A stretch of 64,000 bases of DNA. Origin: Epiperipatus broadwayi (taxonomy: Eukaryota; Animalia; Onychophora). Numbering within the stretch: the stretch's first letter is position 1; every line of letters starts with the position of its first letter. Location of the stretch: assembly GCA_028023455.1 (NCBI GenBank), contig JAQFVV010000001.1, forward strand, positions 31,186,001 to 31,250,000. The letters run 5' to 3'. Positions 28,011 through 42,046 of the stretch are shown here, piece by piece. Both the position numbers and the translations under genes were made by a program. Under the pieces are notes generated by a model. That model saw only the letters and a list, made by a program, of their open reading frames with translations, was not told the DNA's origin and made no database searches.

Positions 28011-28833
28011 GTGTTTGTTCTAGTTTTGAAGAAGATTACTGGGGCATGATATTAATAATATATGGATTTGGCAATGCAATAAGAAAGATAAAGTTACATT
28101 ACAAGTATACTTAATAATATACTTCATATAAAATAAAAATTAGAAATTCATAAATAATATAATTATAATAATACAATAATAAGAAACATATATCAATTTC
28201 ATATCAATAAATATAATTCACACTTGTTTTACCCCATTTAACTAAGTTGAGAACTGAAAGTTCTTTCATTATTTAAAATTAAAATAACTCTCTTTAATAA
28301 AGAAGTCCTTCTGTTATTCCATTCCACAAAATATAACACAGATTTATTAATATAAAGGAAATGAATGAACAAACATTTATAAATCAGGAATTTCTTGAAA
28401 AAAACATCCACAATTTTAATTTTAAATGGAGAAGAGCAGAGAGCAGGTGTTGCAAGATTAATAATAAACAGATAAGAAATAGTTCCATAATAAAATTGAG
28501 ATAATATTTTAGCAAGATTAAACCATGAAGCAAATTTAAATTATTTCTTTCTTTATGTAGAGCAATAAAATATACTTTCAATAAATGAATAGATGAAGTA
28601 TTAATGAATGAATTATAATAATACTAAGATATCTTATTTGCATTGAAGGTAATACAGATATATAATCTCTTTTCCAAAATATTAAGAAAATCAATCTGGA
28701 TATCATCTTTTATCATAATTGGATAAAACAATTACAAATGACTTTATTTTATTTTATCTTTTAAATTAGTGTTAACTTTAAAAGAACTCATTATTGCATT
28801 TTTTGGTTAATTAATGATATAATAATTTTCAAA

Positions 28834-28956
<123 letters not shown>

Positions 28957-30724
28957 GCCTGCCTAAATTACTTTTCTTCTAAAATAAGACATTTAGCAAG
29001 AATAAAAGACAATATCATATAATATTGGCAATTAGCTTATGTAATTTATTAGAAACTTTAAATGAAGTGTTTATAAAAAGGTTTTATAGCAATAGTTCAA
29101 AATTAACTAAAAGTCTATAGAGATGGTAAATTAAACATATATATAACTTTCCAGCTTTTCCAGCTTCAGTTTATTTTCATATTCAGAACACTCTGGAATT
29201 TCCTTCAAAACAAAATAGCTTTTGCATTTTCAATGATATATTATTTAAGAGCAGGTGAACATTTATAGGTGGAGTAGACTTTCTTAAATGAATTTGGAGG
29301 TTTCTACCTCAACATTATTTAACTGATAAAATAATTATTTAAAATAAGCTGAACAAATAACTTAAAAATTGTTATGTAAGAAGTAAAAAAAAGTACTTTT
29401 ATTTTTATGGTTTTTCTTTTTAAATATGTGTGTACCTATCAGGAAAACTGAAATTTTGTTACATGGTATGATTCAGGCAATCAAAAATAAATATTCAATG
29501 GAGTTTTTGAAATTGATTAACAATTTTAACCTTTCATTAAATCAGTTTGCATAAAATAAATTTGATTTTGACCTTTTACTAATTAAGACATCTAAGAATA
29601 GATTTATTATTGTGAAGTCTAGACAGTAAAAATAATTAATTTGATTTTATCTTAATTACTTAATAAAAATTATCTAGTTAATTTAAAGCAAATATTTTTT
29701 ATTTAAAATAAATACTTTTATCTTTTTAAGAATTCCCAAGAGATTATCATTAAATCACCCTAACATTAAATAATAATCAGAAAATAAATTTTTACAAAAG
29801 CTATATAAATATCATTTTTATATACATAAAAAGCCTTTTTCAGCACCTGATTTGGTGCCCTTTGCAAATGTTAATAATCTATTACGTTAATGAACTATTT
29901 TTTCTAACATTAAAATAAGATTTATACAATATATTATTTTTTTAAAAGACAACACTTTTAAACAATTCTTTTAAACTTTCAATCTTTAATGCACATGCAC
30001 ATATATTCATACATGTATATTAGGAAATGATTAAAAAACTATGACATTTACTGCATGTTAATTATTAATATTTCAAAAGATAACAAAACCAAATTTACTT
30101 TCTAAAATGCATTTAAGATAAAATCTATTCCAAACTACCTTTTCCTAAGCTTAATATATTAAATTCTAACTTTAAATAAATATTACATGAATCAACTAAT
30201 AGTTTAGTAACTCCTATTTTAAATGCACTTTAACACAAATTAATAAATAATATTTTAACAAATAGCAAAACAAAACCCTATTTGATATAATTAACTCAAA
30301 ACATAGCACATTTTAAAGTAACTTTAGTTTAATATATTGAATTCTGACTTTAACAAATATTAAATAAAATTGATATTCTCTTAGCAATTAGCATTCAAAC
30401 ATATTTAACAAATATAGTTTATTAGTACTTTAGAATGCATAGTTAAAATTTTACATAGCTTAGAAATAATAAAGGGATATATTTAATTGAGTTTTGAAAA
30501 TTTTTTAAAGTACTATCTATTATGCTTAACCCCTTATGGGATAAATATAAGGTTACAATATATATATATATATATATATATTCATTCATTCATTCATGAA
30601 TACCATATATAGATTCTTATACTATATAAAGTGCAGCAGTTTTAATATATATCTTAATATTGTATGACACTGTTTTTTTCTTGATTCTTTTCATTTTTTT
30701 CTAATTCAGTTGATATATATATAT

Positions 30725-31111
30725 ATGATTGTGCTAATAGCTTTAAACAAACCTTTTTTTTCAATAAATGCCACAAGAGAAAGCATTTAAAATCTCTATC
30801 TAGAATTGTCTCTATCTTCAAACTGGATTTGAGCTGATGACACTCGTCAGTGCTAGGACATTCAGATACTAGATCTAGAATACAAACGCAAGCCCAGAAT
30901 TTAGCAAATACTTAACTATTAAATAGAAAATCTGAAATTTTTTGACATCTATGGGTCTTCAAATTCAGCTATCTAACTTAAATATCTAAAACTAAAATAG
31001 CTCAAAACTAATTTGAAGATAGAGATAATTCTAGATAGATATTTTAAGTGCTTTCTTTTGTGGCATTTATTGGGAAAAAAGAAGCTTGTTTAGAGCTATT
31101 AGCATGCTCAT
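30725..31111. mobile_element. MITE with ~115-bp terminal inverted repeats
   Basis: Left arm atgattgtgctaatagc...ctatcttcaaactggatttgagct versus right arm agctcaaaactaatttgaagatag...gctattagcatgctcat. Confidence 0.85.
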
Positions 31112-31949
31112 TATATTTACATTTATAAATATAAGCTTATTAAATCAGACCACATGATGTATGACTTGATTTCTTTACTGTTATATATATATATATATGG
31201 ATGTAACTTTATCAAACTATGATTTTGTTTGTTTGCCAGTTTTGCTTCTCACTAATATTAAGTATCTTTTATTTTATTTTAGATTTTAATCAAATGCATA
31301 AATATTGTTACCATTTGTAGGATGACACTGAATGTTTATGTCTTGTTTAATTGTATTATTTTGCCAGAGGAGTTAAAATGTATAAATTTTTATTATGATA
31401 AATAATAGTGTTTTGAACAATTTGTCTTGTTATTAATTCATAATTAAAATAGATTAATGAAGTTCTGTATAATTTTTTTTGCAAGATCAAAGTTCAAATT
31501 ATTATTGGCACTATTTGTAGTGATAGTGGATGTCTCTGAGTATAAGAATTTAAATTGTTAATAATACTTATATGTGTTAGAACTGATACTGTAACGAAAG
31601 TGATAGGTCATCAGCACTATAGTATAATAAAGGAATATCATTTATTTGGGAGGGATGCCATTAATGTGCACAGCCTGACATATCAGCACAAAATCTGGTG
31701 CTAATAGAAAACCATTTGGGACATGAGGTATTGAATTAGTGAATAAGATAAATTTGAAGTGTGACTATCAGATGGAGATACAGCACAGTCAGAGAATATC
31801 TTTTCATTATTTGATTTGGAGCTTATTACTGTAAAGGTAACTAATTTTGTATAAGGTTTAACATCTTTAGAAGATACTAAATTGAATGCAGTGAAAATCT
31901 GATCATCATGTTTGCCAATTTAAAGCAAAGGGACTCAACACTATGTGTG

Positions 31950-32600
31950 ATAATTATGATTAGTAGTACAAACTTAAAGACACATTGAAATAGTTCATCA
32001 GTTAAGTATCTTTGTTTCATTTTTATAGTGATTGTTCATGCAAAAGAAAATATTTTGTTGATATACATAAAAGATAAACTTTGATAAAGCATTCATAATA
32101 TGACAATAAATAACTAAATTTTCATACTTGGAAGCATAATAGATATTTTTAATTCTTATGTTTCTGATTGAGTTTTCAGAAAGCTTAATAAAGAATTTTA
32201 TGTCTACAAAAATGTAGATATAAATAGAGTAATGAATTTGACAATCTTCAGCAAGCCATATATTTGTAGTTCAATAAAATATTAACCAAAGGAATAAGAT
32301 AGACTGTCCACTTATCTTATCAACTGTTTATGCTGATAATAGAGATAATCCACAATTTGTTCAGTTTTTTAGATATATGATAAAATGGATTATTACTAAA
32401 TTTTGGGCTAGATATATATTATACATGTCAATAAAATGTGCAGTGATATTCATTTAATGATTTAGCCATCTTGAGATTATTAGTTTATTTCTCTTCTATG
32501 TGAAACCATAAACTAAAACAATGTAGTGAGAATAAAGTTGTTCTGCAATGCTGAGTTATCATTTCTTGAGGAAATAAGTAATTTCAAAATCTAATGCTAG
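31950..32600 (+). mobile_element. Highly decayed LINE RT relic
   Basis: Traces of FDKAF (~32085), FLSDR-like (~32155) and VYADN (~32330) in the order expected for an RT. Confidence 0.3.
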
Positions 32601-33169
32601 TCACAAATGAACAGATTTTGAAATTATTTACATTTTTACAAGATTCTATTATTGATCAGAACATTGAAAGTAACAGATGAGAGTTTATTTTTTTTGTCTT
32701 AATATCTGAAAAAAAATTATTTTCAAATTTGAGTATTTTTGAAAAAAATGCTCTTATTCTTAGAGTCTGAGACATAATGCTAATATTAACATTAGAGATT
32801 TGTTTAAATATTATTTTCTATTCTATGATAAGCTTTTCAGGAATTAGATTTCATTTTATTGAAATATTGATAAAGTTAAGCTACTTTGCAAAATATAAAT
32901 TTGCTTCTAAAAAAATTTTTGAAGAATTTTACATGCCATATTGAAATTATGAATGATCTATTATCAAAATAATCTCTTACTTTTATACCATCAACTAAAA
33001 TCTCTTGTAAAGTTCAGATAAAAGTTTTAGCCACAGATGAAAGTGCTAAAGGTTTCTAACTTAATAAATGTGATGTCCAATTGGCTGAACTATTAAAGCC
33101 CCATGATACTCAATTTGTAACAAATATTTAATAATATAAGTGATAGAATAAATCTTTATTTTATTTATT

Positions 33170-34440
33170 TTTACCTTCTCAGTTTCAGCCACAAATATTT
33201 TTTCTGAACTGTTGTTAAATCTTTTGAAAAGATTGATTTATTCTACTATTAGCTTTTGTTAATGTAAACATTTTTGTCAATATGTAGTTTAATCATTGCT
33301 GTAACATATTAATGCTGTAACATTTTGATTAACATTTTTTGGGATGCTTCAGTATTTAAGTCTATGTCTTGATATTTCAAATAATTTAATCATCTCTGAA
33401 AAGTTCATAAAATGAAATGGCATTTTAATATGTACAGATCTGAAGCAAAATGGCAAATAGATGACCATAGGGTTTTTTTCATAACTTATTTTTGGATATA
33501 ATTTATTGAGCTATAATTGATTTTAAATCCAGCTTGCTCTTTTAGTTGGTTTATGTCCAACATTATTTGTGAGTTGCAACAATCTTAATAAAATATTGTA
33601 TAGAATTATTAAAACTTATAGGTCTGTAATTTTCACTTTTCTTTTTATCTTTCCAAATATCAATACTATTTCTGCAGTATTGCAATCATCCATTAGATTA
33701 GCATTTAGATATTTAGTGTATAGTTTTAAAAATAAATTCTTTTTATTTCTTCATTTGATACTTCATAAATTTAATTGGCTGTCTCATTCTTTGATTTAGA
33801 ATATTTGAAATTTCGAAAGTTGTTTTCATAATTGAAGTAATTACTTTGTTTTTCTGCTCATTTCTTTGTAAAATTCTTTCACATATTTCATGATGATATT
33901 CCTTTTGTTAGTAATAGGTCTTTTTTTCTTATTGCTGAAATAATTTTTATTTTAGTACTAAAATGTTGTTTTATAGTTTTGATACTTTAGTTCTCTTTTA
34001 TCATTTCTTTATATTATTATTAACTTTTTTTTATTACTTTAGAGAACCCCAAATATTTAGTTCTCAATTGATATTTTAAATTTTTTTTAATTTTTTATAA
34101 ATGGCCTTGAGTCAGTTTAAAGTTAGTGGTAAATTGCTGGGTTTTTTTTAAAAAAAAAAAAAAAAATTACCACCTTCTTATTAATCTTATTCATGTCTGG
34201 ATCATCTTTGAAATCTCTTAATATTTTAAAATGATGTAAAAAGCTTTAATTTAAATTCATTACCATATGTCTGAAAATTAGAGATATTGACCTTCTTGTT
34301 TTAATAGTTTTTATTTCTCTTGATTATATTAACACATATTTTATAACATTAATTGATTATTACATCCTGTATTTAATCTATTAAGTATATTATGGTGTAA
34401 AGTACTCATTTATTGACAAACAAAATATAAACTAACTTTG
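33170..34440 (-). mobile_element. RTE-clade LINE relic (endonuclease end to RT)
   Basis: Minus-strand pieces NTAEIVLIF, KKKSENYRPIS, EQAGFK, TAMIKLH and upstream endonuclease-like RDF; many stops. Confidence 0.7.
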
Positions 34441-34485
34441 CTATATTTTCATTTAGATGACCATTTCTATCTTGAATTTTTCTTA

Positions 34486-34730
34486 AAAACATTACCTTAA
34501 ATTCAATATTCACAAACTAAAGATTCAGGTTTGATTACCATGCAAGCGCTACTACACTGGTCAGGCCAACAACATCTGAAGATGAGAGAAGAATAATGTC
34601 ACCCAAAACGTTATTATATATTAACCTGTGTGCTATTACTATTAATTAAATGAATCTGAAAAATTTAAAATTTTTCTAAAGACCATTCAATACTTAATAT
34701 TAAACGATAGAAATAGTTTAACATATGATT
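34486..34730 (+). mobile_element. tRNA-headed SINE with hammerhead-like motif, copy A (5'-truncated)
   Basis: Homologous to copies B, C and D; B-box-like GGTTTGATT; CTGAAGA-T-GAGAGA-agaataatg-TCACCC-AAAAC-GTT. Confidence 0.75.
34571..34616 (+). ncRNA. Degenerate Penelope-type minimal hammerhead ribozyme motif
   Basis: CTGAAGA at 34576-34582, one extra U, stem II, (G>A)AAAC-GT-T giving the palindrome AACGTT; stem I is short or decayed. Confidence 0.45.
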
Positions 34731-35509
34731 AATATCAAAATTCAATTATCACTAACCTTCAGACAAACATTAAACCAGATATTTATTTTAATTGAATTTA
34801 AAAGTTATATCTGAATTTGGAATAATATGATAATCTCTAGCATAATAAATGATTAGTAAGAAACAGTAATATACATTTATCTAAAGTAGATAACGTTAAA
34901 GTTGTGAGTACAGAATCTTTGGTATTTGACAATTAATTGTAATAATTCAATATTATTTTTTATAATAATTTAAATTTTTTGACAGGTATCCTTTAATTTT
35001 TATTGTGATTTAATTAAAATTGAGCTGGTTTCAATTTTAATATCCACATAATGTTTTTGTCAAAAATAATTCTATTAATTAACTCAATTCTTTTATAAAT
35101 ATTTACATTTAATTAGGTATTTTTAAAAGACAACAAACAAACATATATGTATACAGAATAAAAAAATGAATATACTGTATATTACATTTTTTTCCTGAAG
35201 GCAGACAAAGTAACTATGCAATAAAGTAGAGGAATGATTAATGAAGAGAAGTAAAATGTTTTTAAAGGACATCACTTGACATTTTTGGTATTTAGAGAAG
35301 CAAGGAGCAATAAAAGTACAATAGTTTATGCATAATAAACATATAAAAAATAGAGAATAGCTGGGTCAAAAGAAAATTTAATATAACTGTTGCTTACATC
35401 AGTATTTATTTAGAGCAGTAAACAAAAGTTGAAAAAATTCAAAATTTACAAAAAAAAATTTAAAACATAAAGCAGTAAATGTTTTTCTAAAGATATATGA
35501 TGGTTTTTA

Positions 35510-35780
35510 GTTGTATTTATATATTGGACTATTTCCATCATCTAATATTAAAAATTGAATGTCTCTAGAAAAAAATAACTTCATTTAAATATTACAATTA
35601 CCTTCAACTGTTAGTAATAGCACACAGATTAGTAGATGTACATTTTGAGAGGTATTATTCTCCTCTTTTTCTTCAGATCTTGCTGACATGACTAGTGACA
35701 GTACTAGATTGAAAATCAAACATGGACCATTAGATTCTTGAATTTTAAGGTAATACTCTAACAAACTGAGCCATCCTGCC
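35510..35780 (-). mobile_element. tRNA-headed SINE with hammerhead-like motif, copy B
   Basis: Minus strand: GGCAGGATGGCTCAGTTTGTTAGAG (A-box/D-arm), ATGTTTGATTTTC (decayed B-box), then CTGAAGA...GAGG-agaataata-CCTCTC-AAAATGT. Confidence 0.8.
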
Positions 35781-36053
35781 AAAAGCTCAGTTGGTTAGAA
35801 TATTACCTTAAAATCCCAATATTCAAAAATCTAAAGGTCCAGGTTTGATTCCTAAGCTAGTAATGTCACTGGTCAGGTCAGCAACACCTGAAAAAGAAAG
35901 AATAATATCTCTCAAAACAATATACATATATTAACATGTGTGCTATTATTGACAGTTGAATGCAATTGAAAAATTTAAATGAAGTTATTTTTTTCTAAAA
36001 ACATTCAATACTTAATATTTGATGATGAAAATAGTCCAATATACAAATACAAC
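35781..36053 (+). mobile_element. tRNA-headed SINE with hammerhead-like motif, copy C (head-to-head with copy B)
   Basis: AGCTCAGTTGGTTAGA (A-box), GGTTTGATTCC (B-box), CTGAAAA...TCTCTC-AAAAC. Confidence 0.8.
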
Positions 36054-36599
36054 ATTAAAATTTTAAATGTAATTATAAATTTTATGCCTGTGTTCAGTCT
36101 TTTAGTTTTGTCTGTGACATTCAACAAAAGGTTGAAATTCTTTTAGGTATTTGAAAGTTGATATACATTTTAAACAAAATTATTAAAAAAATTAAGACCC
36201 AATGATCACTTATTTAATTATAAGGAGAATAGGTTACTGGTGCAAAAACAACAAAAATTATAACAATTAAAAATTATTCACTAAATATAATAATGATATA
36301 TGTAAAATTAATTAGATATAAATAAATTTTTATTAAAATAAAATGTATTTTTAATATATACTCATATTTATATACAGAATTTCATTAAAAAGTTTACTAA
36401 TAACTGAAAAAAAAAATCATTTGACTTTTTTAAAAAATGTTAATGAAGAAATTCATAATACCCATTTCATAATGGGTGTTGTTGTATCTATTATTACTGT
36501 GTAATTATTTACATGGAAACAAATACGGAAAGTTTTTCACTAACATGCATCATTTGGTATGTAACTTTATTGGCTTTTACCTATGAATTTAATAATGAT

Positions 36600-38213
36600 A
36601 TAAAACAATATAAATGTGAATTAGCAAGGAAATCTATAAAAGAGAATAAAAGTCTCAAAAGTATAACATCTTGATATTGGAAGGAAAGTTATTCTAAAAA
36701 TAAGAAAATATGAAATTATAACTAAGAAAAAACATGATTTTATGAAATGCATGTAAGTTTTATAAAAAATTATAAAATAATAAGCACAAAAAAACAAAAG
36801 AAATGAGATATGAAATTAAATCTATGAAGAAAAAAAAACTTCAGGAAATGATAGAATTATAATTGATATCTTAAATGAAGAAAGTGAAAAAATAGAAAAA
36901 TTGTAGGAAAAGTTATATACCAAATGTCGAAATGATAATGATATGCCATATGACTGGAAAAATGCAATAGTAACATTATATTTAAGAAAGATGATAAAAC
37001 TCACCTATCAGTTTTTTATCACTTCTGTATAAAATCTTTACTCAGATAATTATATCTCAGCTACAGTGAACTTTGGATTTTACCTAACCAGAAGTTGGAT
37101 TTAAAAGGGATTTTAGTATAGTGGATTTTATCCAAATATTGAAAGAAAAAAAAAAACAACAAATAGAGTTGACACTGTGCTTTAGATTTATAGATTATAA
37201 AAACACATTTGATTTTATTAGGATTTATATGGTGTTAAAAACTTTGGATTATCAAGATGTAGCCTGTTATAAAGAATATTTATCAAGATGCAACAACAAT
37301 CATTAGATTATATGGTTGTACTGAGATGATTAGTATTGAGAAGGATGTATGACAAGATGATTCCATATTCCCAAAACATTTTATAGTAATTTAAAAGAAG
37401 TATTTTGTAGATTAAAATGGGAAGCTAAGGAACTAAAAGAAAATGGAGATTATTTAAGTCAGTCTATATTTTTCAGATGAAGTAATGTTTCTTTGCAAAC
37501 AATGTTTTAGAACTTCAGAAAATGTTGTAAGAGCTTTCAAATGACAGCAAGAATTTTAGGATTAAAGATAAATGCTAAAAAGACTAAATAATGTTCAATG
37601 GATTTTCTCAGAAGAAAATAAAGATTAATAATCATGAATTAGAAGTTAACAATTATTCTTGTAGGATTATTACTACAAATGGAAATATAGTAAATACAAT
37701 CAATGATAGAATTAAACTTGGATTGAATGTTTTTGATAGAAACAATATTAAAAGAAAATATGTTAATATGTTCTAAAAAGGAAGGTTTTAAGAAATGTAT
37801 TTTAACCAGTTTTTATTTATGAATCTGACAGTTAACAATAAATCAGTACAATGATTTCAGATTAATCAATGAAATATGAAGAGATGTATGTTAAGAATAC
37901 TAGGAAGAAAGTTAAACAAAATGCATGCATCAGAAAACAAACAGGCATTATCAATATCATTGAAAGAATTATAAAACTGAAATGGTATTGGATTGTCATA
38001 TCATTATAAAAGATAATAATAGATAAGTTTTAAATTAAATCCCAAGAGATTATAAAAGACCTAGAAAGAGGCTAAATTTGAGATGGATGAACAAAATAAG
38101 GAAGATTTCTAGGTCTGTTATAAAGAAGAGTGACTAGGATTGGAGAAGCTGGATTAAACCTTGAAAGACCTTCATCCTCTAATGGATCCATAATGAGTGA
38201 AAATGATGATGAT
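36600..38213 (+). mobile_element. RTE-clade LINE relic with (GAT)n tail
   Basis: FYKKLY; PYDWKNAIVTL; FIDYKNTFD; ISIEKDV*QDDSIFPK; FSDE; NDRIKLG; ends in aatgatgatgat. Includes track ORFs 37121-37306 and 37591-37776. Confidence 0.85.
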
Positions 38214-40104
38214 AAATTGAAACATTATTTGAAGTTGAGGGATATGTGAAATATTGGGATGCCTAACTAACTATCATTTATAAAACTTTGCTAACTGTCA
38301 AATATGATGTATAATATGATGCTACAAAGAATGAACTTTGAAATGTATGAAACAATGAAGCAGAGAACATACGCATGTTTAGATTAATATGGGAAACGAT
38401 TAGTCTACAGATAGTAAGTAATACTACTAGTTTCAAAAACAAAATAAATTAGAAATATGGCATATACACATATATATATATATATGGACATAATTTTTTT
38501 AGTATTTTATAACAATATTTAAAATCTTTGAAATAATTTTTTTTGAAACTTTAAATATAAAAAATAGGCAGATTTTTTTCCCTCCTCTTGTTTTTTATTA
38601 ATGATAATATTTGAAATGCTCTTCTGTTTGTGTTTGTTTAATGTTATAATATTTTTGATCTATTTCTTGTCAAACATAAAGATATTTTATATTAAAAAGA
38701 ACAAATTGAATGTTCATTGATTTCAAGATAAAAGGATCAGTGCAACACTTCAAATTATTCATGCAATATATGGATAAAAATAAGTGGATTCTTGCCATCT
38801 TTTGATCTGCTCGCAGAACTTGAAGAATTTTAAAAGTGAACTGTTCTAAATGCCAACTGAGTTGAGAAAAAAAATGTAGTCAGAATTCTAGTAATTTGTT
38901 TTAGATGTCTACTATAAAATGTACAATAATAGTGCCTTAACAACTGCTTAACATTTGCAGTAAATAATGAAGGGAAAGACAGTCGATTGCTCGCTTGATT
39001 AATTACTATTTTGACGTTTGTTAAAAATGTTATGTTTTGCAAGCGAATATATATATATTTCTATTATGTAGATGGATAATTTAAATGTACAAAATTCTAT
39101 GTTAAAATTTCTACCTGATTATAGATTTAAAGATCTAGGCAATTAGGTACTACAATCAAACAAACAAAAATCTTTGTCAACAAAGAATCGTTTGCATTCC
39201 GATAACGCAATTTATTTAATATGTAAATATTTAATTTCTGTTCATATATTTGGTGGATTGTATAGATCAGTTTTTAGTCAGATGGATGCTGATACTTTAT
39301 TTGTACACAATTATTCAAAAAGTAATTCAATAATCAAAATACATTGGTTTTTTTTACTATAGCTGCTTATAACTAAAAATGTCTAATGGCTAATAGATGT
39401 GGTTCACAGAAGTGCTATTACCAAAAGGCATTGAAATATCTTAGTTGGCTACTAGTTTTTGCTTGCATTATGATATTGCATTAGAGAAGATATATTAAAG
39501 CCTTACTCATCATATAGTTTTAGATGATACCTAATTAACAGTTATGTTGGAAAAAATACTTTCAAAAGCATTTCCTCCTTACAATAGCACCATCTATTAA
39601 AAGTTTGATTCACAAATGATCACCATATAGTAATATAATTTAATCTCTATTCTCAGATTGTTTTCTGGATTTTGTTCTTTATTAACAAAATTGGTATGAG
39701 AGTTAAATTGCACTATATCTAGTGACTACTGATAATTTAAACTTATAGTAATGGAGTTATACTAGAGAATTGAAGAGAGAAAAAATAATTTAATTAAAAT
39801 AAATGAGTTTTAAGTAGTGTTGTGTAATGTTCAAGTGAAAAATTTTATACTTTTTAATTTTGAAATTATCCATTGCTGAATAAATTGTATTTATTTCAAG
39901 AATGATGTGAATATTATTTTTCAGCATGCTGAAATATGTATTTGGAGAATATCTCAAAAGTTCATCATCATAGAAAAAGTGCCAGAGCATAACATTAACC
40001 AAGTATTTGCTTTTACTTCAATGGATCATTATGAGGGGATACTCAAAAGTAACCAGAATTTTACAATAAAAAATTGTTTATTTATTTTTAAGTGTTATAT
40101 AGAT

Positions 40105-40620
40105 TTAATCACTTTCAAATTACTGTTCATTTGATACAATACACTGGTCTAAATGTATTTTTTATTTTTCAAAGTAGTCTGAAAACACATAGAAAGTGAT
40201 GTCTTTTAATGCCTGTTGGCATTTTTTTTTTATCACTTCTAAGTCCACACAAAAAAGAGACTTTTTTTATTTGAAGATTGAGTGATTATGACTGCTAAAT
40301 TTAATTAAAAAGTGTTTCACATTCAAGACTTTGAGATGATATTTTGTCAGGGTGAAGCTTACACTATTTTCTTTACCACAAAACAGGAAGTTTACATTTT
40401 ACTACATCACATAAATATTTCAGGACTTGTAGATAAAATGCCTGATCATTACAAAGTAAATCTAAGTGAAAAATGTCATTTGCATTTCCAAAAAAAATCA
40501 GTGTTGTTTTGATTTTGGACTTCACTGTGGTGAATTTAGCTTTTCAATTAAACCACTCATAAATTTGTAATTTTATGAGATCATTTTTTTTGTAATCTGT
40601 TTCAAGCATTACAACTGTTT
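40105..40620 (-). mobile_element. Mariner transposase relic, C-terminal half
   Basis: KSKIKTTLIFF; AFYLQVLKYLCDVVKCKLPVLW; LHPD; ends DQCIVSNEQ*FESD*, matching the mariner CI...G.YFE terminus. Confidence 0.75.
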
Positions 40621-41647
40621 TCCTTGCAGTTTTCTGTAAATGAATACAAAATTTCACATTTTTCAAACTTTTTAGTCATTATAAAAATTGATAAATATGT
40701 GAAATGCACTTTATAAAAAAGTGCTACATGCCACCACAATTTTACATGATGTTATTTGGCAGGTTGATATAGAAGGGTTTCTGTGAGAAGTATGTAACAG
40801 CAGAAGTATATATTACAACTGGTTCACAAACCAACAAACAATTCTAGTTATTTTAGGGCACTCATGCATATGTCAGGATTATTTTGAATTTAGAAGTGAG
40901 AATTCTCTCAATTTTATATAAAAAAATATTTCTATTAGTAAATAACTAGTCAAAAATTTGCTTTCAAAATTTCTTACTATGTAGTTCATAAAATTTCCTT
41001 GGTTAAATAAAATCACTTCACATAATAACTGTACAAGCAGAATGTTGTGTGCATTCATTTGTGATCATTAAAAAGTAATGGATCCTACTTTTTAGTAGAT
41101 CTACTTTATGAGTAAATCAATGAAAAGACTTTTCTTGAAACTTTTGCTACAAAAATTTGAGAAAATCAGTCATTATATAATAATTATATATTTTTGAAAA
41201 TGTTTAGTGCATGGTTAATCATATGTAAATCTTTTATACTTTAAACTTTTTAAAATTTAGTTATTCGTTTGTTTTCAAAATAAGTCTATTTGATTTAGAT
41301 GTCCTATGAATAGAGTTATTTGAAATTTTTTTCTCACATATAGCTCATAATCTATAAAAATAAAAAAATATACATTATTATTTTTACTAGATTTCAACTT
41401 TTAGAAATCATATAAATAATATTTTTCTAGAATGAATTTATCTTTGTTGTGATAAGGTTGTATGTCCATTTCATTTCTGATCCTTCTCTTCTTCATTTAT
41501 CACCAATCTTTCCAAAATAAATACTTTTTTCTAATAAACTTAATTCTTTTATATTATAGACAAAATAAATCAAATTTTATCTTGTAATTTAAAATTCAAA
41601 CAAGAATTCAGATCTAACATAATCAATGTATTTACTGATTTATTTTT

Positions 41648-42046
41648 AAATTAGGCAAAACTCTCCATACAGTATTGCCATTCAATGCAAGCCAGAGTAA
41701 TCAATGGATGCCAGAAGGCTTGTGCATAAAATTCCCATCTACTGCCTACTCATCCAATATGCCCAGACTAGTTTGTGGTTGTGTTTTCAATTTAAGACTC
41801 ATAGTTTTATAGTTAAGTAAAGATAAAAGGTGGCTGCTGGAGGGTTGCATTAGATACTAAGATCTAGATGCAGTGCTCTCATATCCAAGGCTCCCCACTG
41901 ACAAAAGCCACAAGCCAGAAACTAGCTTGGGAATATTGGATGAGTAGGCACTAGATGGGGATTTTATGCACAAACTTTCTGGCATCCATTGATTACTCTG
42001 GCTTGTACTGAGTGGCAATACTGTATGGAGAGTTTTGCCTATTTAA
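41648..42046 (+). mobile_element. Hammerhead-bearing short element with an inverted copy of its 3' end, copy 1
   Basis: Arm 41652-41783 is the reverse complement of about 41909-42042; the body is homologous to 63375-63648. Confidence 0.85.
41892..41932 (+). ncRNA. Degenerate minimal hammerhead ribozyme motif
   Basis: TCCCCA-CTGACAA-A-AGC-CACAA-GCC-A-GAAA-CTAG-CT-TGGGA; carries core substitutions relative to the three-copy consensus. Confidence 0.55.

Noticed and set aside
27632-28114. I/Y/F-rich ORFs
   Set aside because: Low-complexity AT sequence.
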